Under the pieces are notes generated by a model. The model searched no databases, was not told where the DNA came from, and worked only from the letters and a program-made list of their open reading frames with translations. A DNA stretch of 64,000 nt from Thalia democratica (Eukaryota): contig OZ241828.1 in the NCBI GenBank assembly GCA_965202585.1, forward strand, positions 66,030,001-66,094,000, in the 5' to 3' direction. Positions 1 through 11,000 of this stretch are shown one piece after another; position 1 is the stretch's first letter, and the number at the start of each line of letters is the position of its first letter. The position numbers and the translations under genes were made by a program.

Positions 1-3000
1 TATATATAATTTTTGATTATTCATAAAATTAATTTAGATAGGAAAATATTTTAAATAATATCTAAGAAATCTCACAGTAAAAAGACATTAATAAAAAATA
101 AAAATTTGTAAAGCAAGTTTAATGATAAACAATATTTTGCATGCATATAGATATTTTAATCTTCGCTCTTACTTTACGTTATAAGCGTTGGAATTTGGTA
201 CTACCTAACTTCTTATTACTTGAAGTAAATATTCCTAAGTTTTAGAAAAGTATATAAAATTACTTCAAATCTACAGCTAACCATAAAATAAACAATTTTT
301 TAATTTGTCATTAACAATTTTTAAAGAAAACCATACATTTTAATTGAAAATTAAGTAGAAACAATTACTTAATTTTCAATTAAAATGTATGGTTTTCTTA
401 AAAAATATTAACATCAAAAAAACAAAAAAAAAGCTAAAAAAATAGAATAAGTTCTAATTTTACAAACTATAAGCAAAAAGTTTAAAAAGTATTACATGTT
501 TGTACACTATTAACTTTTAGGTATTTTGGATTTTAAAATTTAACGCCTTATAAAATAGTTCATAAAATTAAATTCAAAAAATAAGGTCTATATAGTAAAT
601 TAAATTAAATTTATATACTTTTTATCTATTTATCTTTTTTAATTAGAAAAATGTATTGACGACCATTAATATTTTTAAAATGTATTAGAACAGTTATTCT
701 ATGGTTTTCTTTACAGTAAAGACATAAAAAAAATCAAATGTTTAAATAGAAAAATAAAAGAAAAGTTGTCAAGTTTATACTAGAAAATATAATTGGTAAA
801 AGAATACCTGTATAAAATACTATTGAATGATGTCTATTGAAATAACCATTTTAACCTAACTAAGTTATTACTTAAATACCAACTTAATAGTGCACCCTTT
901 TTATCGGTCTTACTTTTATATCGGTAAAAAAATATATAAATATGAATATCTTTCATAATAAAAATTGTTGATTTTGAAAATATTTTAATATTTTTTTGCT
1001 TTGTGCCTTAGTGTTTTTTACAGTATAAACACTAGTTATTAAAATAAAAACAAAAATTAAGTCATTAGTCAAAGTAGCTAAACTCTAAAACACAAATAAG
1101 TTTCATAGATACTTGTTTTTACAGATAAACCTTTGAAACCTTTTAAACAATTATTTTGTCATCAGCAAATTACTAGCAGCTGCTAAACAAAAACTCAAAT
1201 AAACTTTCAAATAATTTTTTAATTACTTATTGTTATCTTGCCAAAATAAAAACTTCTCTAAAGAAGATTGCATTAGTGTTCTTCACAAACTTTTTTTGTT
1301 TAATTTTTTTTCCAAATTGATTTTTAATTATTTTTTTTGAAGTTTTAGTTTTGTAACCAACCTTGATAACTATTATAATTTTTAATTTTTATCTGAATTT
1401 AGTTCTTTTTGAATAAAATATTTAAAATCTATTATTGTAAAAACAGTTTATAAAATTAATAGTTTCAACTAGTTAAAAAAAAAATTAATACAAAAGTATC
1501 TTCATTTTCTTACTTAAGTTTTAATACTTTTTCTACACAGTTGTATAACCTTAACTTAAATTTTTTAGTATATAGTCTAACTTTTAAGTAAAAGTTATAG
1601 TAATAAAAAGTAGTTGAAGAAATAGTAATTATATAAAGTTTAAGTTGATATATAAACGATGCAAAATTTAAGTAGTGATAATTTTTAAATAAATTTTTAT
1701 GGTTTAACAACAGTGAAAAAGTTTGAAAACAGTTGAGTTCTAAAAACGACAGTTTAGATAGACTTTAAAACAAATTTTTTGTTTGTTACAACCTTACTAG
1801 GTTTAAAAGAACTTTAAACCAGATCAAAAACGAACTTTTTTATAAAAGTCTTATATGTCGAAAAAACAGACGGCTACACTAAATATTGTAAATATAATTT
1901 ACGACTTTTAGCATCACTAAGTGTTACACAAAAGTTCATTTAATACTAAAAACAATAAGAGAAATTTTGAAGTTCTAGGATGTAAAAAAAAAACAAGGAT
2001 AAAACAAACGAAAAAGTAGAAAACATTAGATTATATTTTAAATTAAAACTTTTAAACAAAGTAAATAAAAATCTTTAATAGTTTGTAAAAAGCAACTTAT
2101 GTATGAAATTTTAAGTGGTTTTTTGAAAAGTTTTTAAGTTTTTGTTCATAAGCTAAAATTTTTAAAAGCTGCCAATAAAATACTTATAGTTGTAAAATTC
2201 ATATTAAAAGTGTGGCATCTTAAATTTGAAAACTCTTGTAGTCAAAGAAATTTATTTTGTGGTACTGAGATTTACTAATATATATATAGTATTATTTTTA
2301 TTAAAAACTAAGCATTTAAAATAACTTAAAAGAGAATATATTAACAACTTGTGTAATTATCTGTGTTAGACAAATAATAGAAATTGATTTTATAAAAGTT
2401 TAGGATAGAAAAAAACATCAAACTTAAAAGCTATAATCTAGATTCATAATCTAAAATCGTAAAATTTTATAAAATACAATGATTGAAATATGGTTCAGCT
2501 AGTAGAAGTTAAGTGCTGTGTTTTATTTTTTACTTATTAACAAACAAAACGAGTGATAAATTATCTTTTCAAGTATACGCGGGTTTCAATCGGTCAACCC
2601 TGAAGAAACAAACTGTAATTTAAAAAAGTCAATCATAAACATAAACTTAAAAAGCAAATGTATAGGAGGTTTTTTAAGCATGTTTTGTACTTTTGGTTTG
2701 TCAAATTGTATTAAAATAATGTTAATTTTAATAAATTAACTACGATTCTATTTATTTTTATAATAATTTTGTTTGCCACTACTATAAATTAAGAAATACG
2801 TTTTTTTAATAAAAACGGAACTATAACTATATAATAAAACATATGAAATTAAAGATTATGTATTTACCTTATAAATTTAGATGTACATAGCAATTAAAAA
2901 TAGGGTTTTATTAAAATGAACTACCTTAGTCTTTTACTACGATCATTTCATATAATATTAGTTATACAATTTTAAACTTTTAGTTTAAATTTTTCAATAA

Positions 3001-4384
3001 AGTCTAATAAATACTTTCTATATCGTTTGAAATAATCGACCACGACATTAATATAGTGACATTACAATTTTTTTCTAAAATTGCTTTAACAAAAATCTTA
3101 AAGAATTTTGTTGTTTAATTTGAATAATAAATTTTTGTAGAAGAAAAATTAGCACTTCAAAAATAGTTTCATCTCAGTTTTTAAAAGGTTAAATTCTTAA
3201 AAAAAAATTGTTAGCAAAAAGTATGTAAATTTAATGAAAACTTTGAGTGTTAAAAAAAGAATCAAATTTTCAAAGGACACTATATAAATATTATAATGTA
3301 AAAGATAATTAAATTATAAGAGTACATTAGATTAAACCAAAATTTATGCTACCACATTCATAAATGTAGAGGCACATCCCTGGTAGAGAAATATCCTGTG
3401 AAAAAATAAAAAAAGCTTAAATTAGTATTAGTAAAAATACTATCTTAATAAAGAATATGAGCTTTATAAATAGCTATAAGTGTTTAACTAATAGCTAAAC
3501 ATATATTTTTAACAGGAATGTAAGATTAAGATTAAGCTGTATTTATATATAGAACTATCTTTTTGGAACCTTATAAGAAAGTAATGAGTCTTGATTATAA
3601 TACTATTAAATTGCACTATAAGCTTTCAACAACTCAGGTAAAAACAATGTAGTAGGTTTGTAAAGTTCAAAATAACCATAATACTAAATAAAGTCAACTT
3701 CGGTTAAATTCAAAATATTTTATTCTATCAGTTATACGTTTCAGTCAGGGTTGTTCCTCTTAGAGTCATAAAAAATGTGCTGAGTTACCTTAAACTATCC
3801 TTGAGTTTTTTTTTCAAATCCTTGAAAAAAAATTAAACAAAATCAATAAAGATCAGGTTGATAAAAAAAAACTGGTAATAAAATACAAAAAGTGTAAGCT
3901 TAATTAACTTAATTTTATTATAAATGTGGAAAAAAACTTTCAACTAAACTATAACTAATTCTCTGCAAATCAATTTTTTATTGCTTTTTATACTTCAATA
4001 AATTGAATAAAATAAATTTTGATTTAAAAGAAAAAATACAAATTTTTTAAACTTGTTTGTAAAATTTATAAATATGAACATCAGGACCGAAAACAAAGTA
4101 GTTTTGTCTCACAGAGACAAAATAATATTAAGGAACTGCAAGCGTAATTGTCTGTTTAGTAGCTAATTTTCATTATTTATTTAATAAGTTTCAAAAAAAT
4201 AGGCATTTATGAAAATCAATTTGAAAAACGCTGGTATAAACACTGAAAGATAATTGAAACTTATTAAATAAAATATTGTTAAGGTTTTCATCTCAAGAAC
4301 TTTAGATAGTATTGAGATAATTGGTAATAATAATTTATTTTTTCCAGATAAAAGTATATAAATATTTGATAAAAAGAAAGAGCA

Positions 4385-5242
4385 ATGGAAAATATTTACA
4401 ACTATTTGAACATTAATGAAAGTAAGTCATTAAATTCGTTCAGTTACATCATCAATGAAATTTTTTATTATTTACTAAATAAAAAACTAGTTATATTCTT
4501 TCCCACTACTTAACTATATAAACGATGCATATTGTAACACGACAAGTTTTAAATAACAAATCATGTAATTTTTTTTTCATTAGTTATATTCAAACAAATA
4601 GTTAAATTCTTTTTTCATTAAACAGGACCTGTAAAAATGACCAGCTCATCTAATTTAATTGACGTTAAAAGTTCTTCAAGCAACCAAGCATCTCAACATA
4701 GGTTGCAGCAGAAAAGCTTTTCAAACACCATGCATACTGAAGATAATACTAGTTTGTATCAAATGAGTTTAAACTCCTATCAACCAGGTATAGTTAACGT
4801 TTTGTAATTTATGTACAAATTTAATTTGATTTTTTCCAAGTTGTTAAATGTTAAATACTACACACTATATATAAGCATACATAACATACCTAAAGGCAAT
4901 ATGACCAGTTCCTATGTACAAAATAAGTAATCGTCAAGTATTTAGTAAAATTTTTAATAGTTAAGTTATTGACAAATTTTAATAAAACTGTGTCTTATAA
5001 CACAGTTCCAGAAGGAATGACTAACTCACCTAACTTGATTGACGTTGAAAGTTCTACAAGCTACCAAACATCTCAACATATGTTGCAGCAGAAAAGCAGT
5101 TCAAATTACATGTCTGATAACTTTGATTGTTATGCTGCATTAGATGAACTGAAAATGTCAGAGCAAGAATTCATGTCACATAAACATTCTGCTGATCATA
5201 ATACAAGTGTGCATCAGATGTATTCAAACTTTTGTCAGTTAG
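4385..5242 (+). CDS. Spliced Ser/Gln/Asn-rich protein of unknown function, partial model join(4385..4421,4626..4787,5006..5242); 3' continuation unresolved
   Basis: ATG 4385 opens MENIYNYLNINE and ends at a perfect phase-1 donor GTAAGT (4422). Exons 4626-4787 (162 nt) and 5006-5242 (237 nt) have ACAG acceptors, GTAT donors, phase 1-1, and are open in the joined frame. They are paralogous: MTSSSNLIDVKSSSSNQASQHRLQQKS vs MTNSPNLIDVESSTSYQTSQHMLQQKS. Confidence 0.6.
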
Positions 5243-5775
5243 GTATATAGTTGTTTTTATATTAAACGGCTAGATTTTTCGTTTTTAAAAATTATTTACG
5301 ACATAAAAATTTTAATTAAGAACAGTAAAATGCTATTAACATTTTTTAGACATTTTTAGTTAATTAAAATTCGGTTTTTATTTACATATAAATTTTAAAT
5401 ACTCTTCAAATTAAAAAATAATTTTAAGTTCTTAAATGTTAAAAAAAGGAATTTTATTGCAAAGTATAAAGATAATCTACTTATAATTAGTTTAATTTAT
5501 AAAAATTACTTTTGTTTTTGCAATATTAGTACTGTGCACACGATGCTAAAACTTCTAAAACGATGCTAAAGCTTCTCTTAAAACACAACAAATTTTGAAG
5601 CATTTTATAGTCAATTAACTGTTGTTTTCGTTAATTTTAGTTGTTTGATTAGTTAGAAGGTAGATCGATTTTTGTACTGAATATTTGTAATGTACAATAT
5701 TACGTCATATTGTTTTTTGTTTTTTTGCATAACTTTTGTATCTTTGTTTAGTACAGTGCTTTATTTTGAATTTAA

Positions 5776-5832
5776 CTGGCTGATGATCAAAGCTTTATGA
5801 AAAATTAAAGCTTTGTGAAACATATGTTCCAG
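5776..5832 (+). ncRNA. Degenerate type-I hammerhead ribozyme motif
   Basis: Stem I CTGG(5776-79)/CCAG(5829-32); core CTGATGA 5780-86; stem II CAAAGCTTT/AAAGCTTTG; GAAA 5817-20; palindromic stem III ACATATGT; cleavage triplet GUU. The stem II closing pair is U/U instead of the canonical G-C. Confidence 0.55.
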
Positions 5833-5918
5833 AATTTTTAAAATCGCCATTTGAATAAATTATTTAAAAGCCCTTCAAGTTGGCTCAGTTGAAAGTGTTT
5901 AAGTTTAAACATTAACCT

Positions 5919-5923
<5 letters not shown>

Positions 5924-5951
<28 letters not shown>
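5924..5951. repeat. (TA)n microsatellite
   Basis: Uninterrupted TA dinucleotide run. Confidence 0.95.
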
Positions 5952-5959
<8 letters not shown>

Positions 5960-6396
5960 TATAACATCCAACAACAAAAAAATTACCAACAGAATATTTT
6001 AATTAATTTTTTTTCCTAATCAAGCTACGGATAACTTTGAGAATTAGACCTTAATCTAAATTAAAACTAACACAAAATATGCTCCACAGTCTAAAGATTT
6101 AAATTTTAACAATTATAATTTCGAGCTATTTTGAGTCAATTTGTCTAAAACTCAAACAAAGTTGAATTTTTAATGCTCGATATATATTCTTTTTCAAAAT
6201 TATAGTATTCAAGATAGTCTTCATTCATTTGAACATCTGAAATGGTATCATGTTATTATAATTTAAATTTATTTTTACTAACTATAATTATGTTGCTGTT
6301 AATTATTCCTTTTTTATGATCGTTTTCTTAGTTTAAAGTCACTTTTTTAACTTATACAACAGAAATTTAGATAGAAGCGTAGAAAAAACAACGGAT

Positions 6397-7263
6397 ATGA
6401 ACAATCAGAGTAAAATCAAAAATTACAAGGTGAGCTAAAAATATTTTACATGACAAATGTTTATAAAGTTTAATAAAACAAAAATTAATTGATGTTATTT
6501 TAATTATATTTAGAAGACTTAAAAGTATTACTTTTTTCACTTAATTTTTAATTAAAACTATTATATTTCAAAAAAAAATAGTTAAAAATTTTGTTAGTCT
6601 TAAACACTGATTAATTCAAAATAAAAGCATTTCACTTCATAATTTAAAAACCGGTAATTAATACTGATAATACTTTAAACAACTTAAATAGTTTATATAA
6701 ATTTGTGAAACTTTTTTAATTGTTTATTTCAATATCAGGAGTTCAACGTAAAGTTAAAAGAAGAACTTGATACACATTACGAGAATTGGCAGAAAATAAT
6801 AGACAACAGAGTTGTTAATTTAAATTCGTGGTATGATTTCGTTGAAACTGCAGAAGCGAATAAGGCATATCTTGAAAATGAAATTCAAAAGACCCGTAGA
6901 AACCTTATCATAGAAAAACATTTGTGTGGAAAAAACTTAAGACTTTTGGAGAATCAACTTGATCAGTTTCAAGTTGAATTAAACAAAAGTTTTGACAATT
7001 ATTGCGACAGTATTTTTTAACAAGCAATTCCAATAAGAGTGCCCGGTATAGAGTTTTATGACTCAAATGAAAAACATGAACAAAGTTTGAGTTTTCAAAG
7101 AATTGAGCAGTTCGAAAAACTTAAAGTTGACGAGTCAGTTGTTGGTGATCAGTGTGTGGTATGTAAAGAAGACATTGAAATTGGTAGAAATATGATGCGT
7201 CTCGACTGTGGTGGTCCAGACATTTTCTGTCAAGTTTGTACAATTTATCAATTTTTACGTTAA
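6397..7263 (+). pseudogene. RING family copy 1, join(6397..6429,6739..7263); nonsense codon and truncated RING
   Basis: First exon MNNQSKIKNYK|GTGAG, acceptor ATCAG at 6738, phase 0. In-frame TAA at 7018-7020 where copy 2 has CAA. RING reads C..C...CGGPDIFCQVC and then loses homology: the His ligand and the last CxxC are missing. Confidence 0.85.
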
Positions 7264-7498
7264 TATAGTTTATACGTAATTGAAAAGATTCAAAAGTATT
7301 ATTTTTTAACTTAATTTGATAAAAGCAGTATGTTTTATTGAAAAATTACAAAAGTTTAAAATATTATTTTATAAAACGATGATAATTGCAAAATGAAAGC
7401 CGTTCACTATAAATTTTGATAAAACGGTAATTTAAAACTGATAAACAACTTAAAAGTTTTATATAAATGTGTAAAACGTTTTTTTTTTTTTTTTTCAG

Positions 7499-8056
7499 GA
7501 GTTCAACGTGAAGTTAAAAGAAAAACTTGATACCCAATATGAGAAATGGCAGGAAATAATTGACAACAGAGTTGTTAATTTAAATTCGTGGTATGAATTC
7601 CATGAAACTGCAGAAGCAAATAAGGAAATTTTTGAAAATGAAATTCAAAAGACCCGTAGAAAGCTTAAAATAGAAGAAAATTTGTGTAGAAAAAGTTTAA
7701 GACTTTTGAAGAATGAACTTGAACAGTTTCAAGTTGAATTAAACGAAAATTTTTACAACTATTGCGACAGTATTTTTCAACAAGCAATTGTAATAAGAGT
7801 GCCTGAAATGGACTTAAATGACTCAAATGAAAACCAACAAAAAGGTCTGAGTTTTCAAAGAGTTTAGCAATTCGAACAACTTAAAGCTGACGAGTCATTT
7901 GTTGGTGATAAGTGTGTGATATGTCAAGGAGACATTGAAATCGGTAGAAATATGGTGCGTCTCGACTGCGATGGTCAGCACACTTTTTGTCGAGTTTGTG
8001 TTGAAGGATGGTTTGCTAACCATAACACATGCCCAATTTGTAGGCATAAGTTCTAA
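7499..8056 (+). pseudogene. RING family copy 2: duplicated terminal exon with one in-frame TAG just before an otherwise intact RING
   Basis: Poly-T/CAG acceptor at 7498. Frame open to TAG 7865-7867 (CAG in paralogues), then open to CVIC...CDGQHTFCRVC...CPICRHKF-TAA at 8056. The upstream ~230 nt resemble the 3' half of the copy-1 intron; no first exon of its own was found. Confidence 0.85.
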
Positions 8057-11000
8057 AAACTTCCTTATCTCATAACAGTTATTCGATAATATTATTATTA
8101 ATAAAACTTCTCAAATTATACTAGTTGCTTTCATTGTTGTTTGTTTTAATATTTATATTTAGTAAAGTTTTTACGTAATTTCAAGACGATTAGTTTAAAA
8201 GCTTTTTTTTTAAATCTAGTTTAACTAGATTTTGAAACTTCACAACTGTAATAGGTAGGTTAGAAAACTTAACTTAAAATAGCCTTTGCAGTTTCAGAAT
8301 AATTTATTTCATTTATGTTTTTTTTCTATTAATTATATCAAATATGCCTCATACTTATAATGAACATACCTATTTCCCAAATATTAGAAAGGTACTTACT
8401 AATTAATTAAGAGTAGGGAGTTATGTACCGAAAAAACATTTATTTCTTTAAATATTCTATCAACAGGTTTTTAATATTTTTACTTTAATATTCTCTTATT
8501 AATTTATTTTCAGAAATATCTTTGTTGTACATATACGCTGAAATAAAATGTTCAATGATTTACAAAACAAACTAAATAGTTTTTAAAGTAAATTACTAGT
8601 CATTGCCACATTCTTGATAAAAGGTTTTATTAATTTACATTCTTCCCGTTCGCTGATATTATACTCCGACTGACTGAAGTTGCCAAAAAAGTTGCGTTAT
8701 CACTGTTTTATAAATATTTGTTTAGAATAAAAAGTTTTATTTTTCATTAGCAATGCATAGAAATAGACAAAAAGTAAATGAATTTCGTCAAAAAAGTGTG
8801 TTCTCCCATAAAAAGTTCTCGTAGCTTGATTTTATGTATAACTAAAAAAAAAACGATATCGTTGCAGTACGGTAGTTGAGGCTTTAAATAAAATTTTTTA
8901 TTAACTATTCAAAACTTACTCTACTTAAAACTAAATAATTTTTTACACTATAAACTGAAAATCTGATATATATCAGGCTATAAATTACCAATTGGGTCAA
9001 CCTTTAAGTTGTTTTAAAACTACTAGATAAATTTAAACTCTACTGAAAAATTATAACTTTGTAAAACTATCCCATTTTCTTGTTAAAGTTGTTTTATATT
9101 CAGCTTTCAAAATTAAAATAAAAGATCATACAAACTATCGAAACAAATAAAAATTTAAAAAGTTATTGTTAGTTTTTAGATTTAGTATTAGTTTCTAAAA
9201 ACATCTAGTATTGTTTATTGAACGATATTAGAAGCATTCAAGAAGTTTAGTCTATATATAAAATCAATAAAATAAAAAAAAGAGATAATTACACAAAAAG
9301 CTTTTATATACAGTGTAATCAAATCCTTGTTTAATAACATAAAAATGTAAATACTGTTTAAGCATAAAACTTAAAAGAATAAAAAAAAAAAAGTGAACAT
9401 TTTTAAACTTAAATATTCAAACTTAAACATTGAATATAACTTTATTTATAACACAAAATAAATAATACTATTAGCTTACATGAAAATACTTGAAATATAG
9501 GTCACAACTTGGTAACAAGCTAAAATGTTTTGAAATAATTAAGCTAAACAGATGTTATTTTATAAAAACACCCAATATAGACGGCAGAAAAACATTTGTG
9601 GCTATTTATTTTAAAGTATATAAAACTGAAATCTAAAAAAAAATAAACGAGTGGAAAGTAAGGCTTGAATGAATAGCTGCAATTACTATTTTTTTAAGAA
9701 TGAATTGGCTGCTACGCAAGTACGTAGCTAGCTCAAAAAATTTAAGATTGCTAATTTTAAACATCTGAAATTTCGCGTGATAACGTATTGGCAGGAACAT
9801 ATTAATTTAAACTACCTCTAATGTTATTGAGCTTAATATGATAATATGCAATTATGCAAACACTTCAAAAATGGAATGTAAAAGTATGGGTTATAATTGT
9901 ATACAAGGCAATTTATTTAACTCCACACCCCTTATAACCCTTTATGTATTGCCACCTGTGTAAACCCATAAAACTTTCAATGAAAATAAGTATAAGAAAA
10001 TCACAATTTAAATCGAAAACATTTATATTGTTTTGAAAATCAAACATTTGTTGTAGTCAATAGATACAACATTGAATTATGCAAAATTTGTAACATAAAT
10101 TTATATGATTTTGAATTTTGAAGAAAAAGCTACAGCTTCCATTAGAATCAATTTTGCAATGTATATTTTTGACGAATTAAATCTCCAATGCGCTAATGTA
10201 TACAGTTAAATGTTTTTAACTCGTTTAGTTTTTACGACACTAAAAGAGCTACGTTGTACATATATGTCAAAATTATATCTTAGGAGTGCATAACTTATTA
10301 TAAATGAATACTAAAAGCTAAGAAATCTGAGTCTTTTCAAGCTGAAATAAAAACAAGTTTTTTCGCACATAAGTATACGTTCCGTAAGTGAGCCACTTCG
10401 ACAAAATTTGAAAAAAAGTTATTGTAAGATAAAATTAAGCTTGAATTTTTAACGTAAATTTAGATTTTAGCTTTGAACTAATTTAATATTTTTCATGTCA
10501 CTAGAAAAGATAGGATATTAGGTAAGCACTTATACTTTCACCCTCATATTGGATATTGCTTGATAGTTAAAGTTCTCCACTTTTTTCACTTTTGTGAAGC
10601 ATGTTAAAGATAAAAGTAATGATTTTTAAAGTTTACTTTTTGTAAAATTAACATTAATGTATAATAAAGATATAATAAATATGTTTGTCATTAACCTGCA
10701 AAAGGGTTTCCCATAAGTAAAACTTGATTTTTTTTGTTTTTTTTTCCCGACTAATATTAAGCTAACAATAAGCTTTAAATCTTGAAATAGAAAAAAAAAA
10801 AAAAAGCAATCTAGAACTAGCTAGAATTTTAAAATATTACTTTTAAAAAATAATCTGTGCTATTAAAAGCAACTTTGTTTAAGTTTCAAAATAAGCTGTA
10901 AGAGAACTTAAGAAATGTATATCTTTAATATAGTCTTAGTCTAAAATTTATTAACAAGAAAAACTGTTGTTCATTTAAATTTAACACTTGATAAGGTAAG

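Larger units (their letters stand above)
5640..5951 (+). mobile_element. Degenerate 3' end (pseudo-LTR-like remnant) of a Penelope-like element
   Basis: Colinear motifs shared with the 3' end of the 51.9-53.1 kb element: ggtagatcgatttttgtac ~ ggtaaattaatttttgcac, attacgtcata identical, gtgctttattttgaa ~ gtgctttattttaaa, then a CTGATGA...GAAAC core and a terminal (TA)n tract. Confidence 0.55.

Noticed and set aside
4074-4143. Alternative ATG exon MNIRTENKVVLSHRDKIILRNCK with a phase-1 GTAATT donor
   Set aside because: Weaker donor than 4422, and splicing it to the 4348 acceptor meets a stop. It may be a 5'UTR or alternative exon but cannot be supported.
7018-7867. TAA/TAG at Gln positions suggesting a ciliate-type genetic code
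   Set aside because: Intact copies terminate at TAA/TAG directly after RHKF, the copy-6 TAA replaces Tyr, and Gln is encoded by CAA/CAG throughout. Ordinary C>T nonsense changes explain it.
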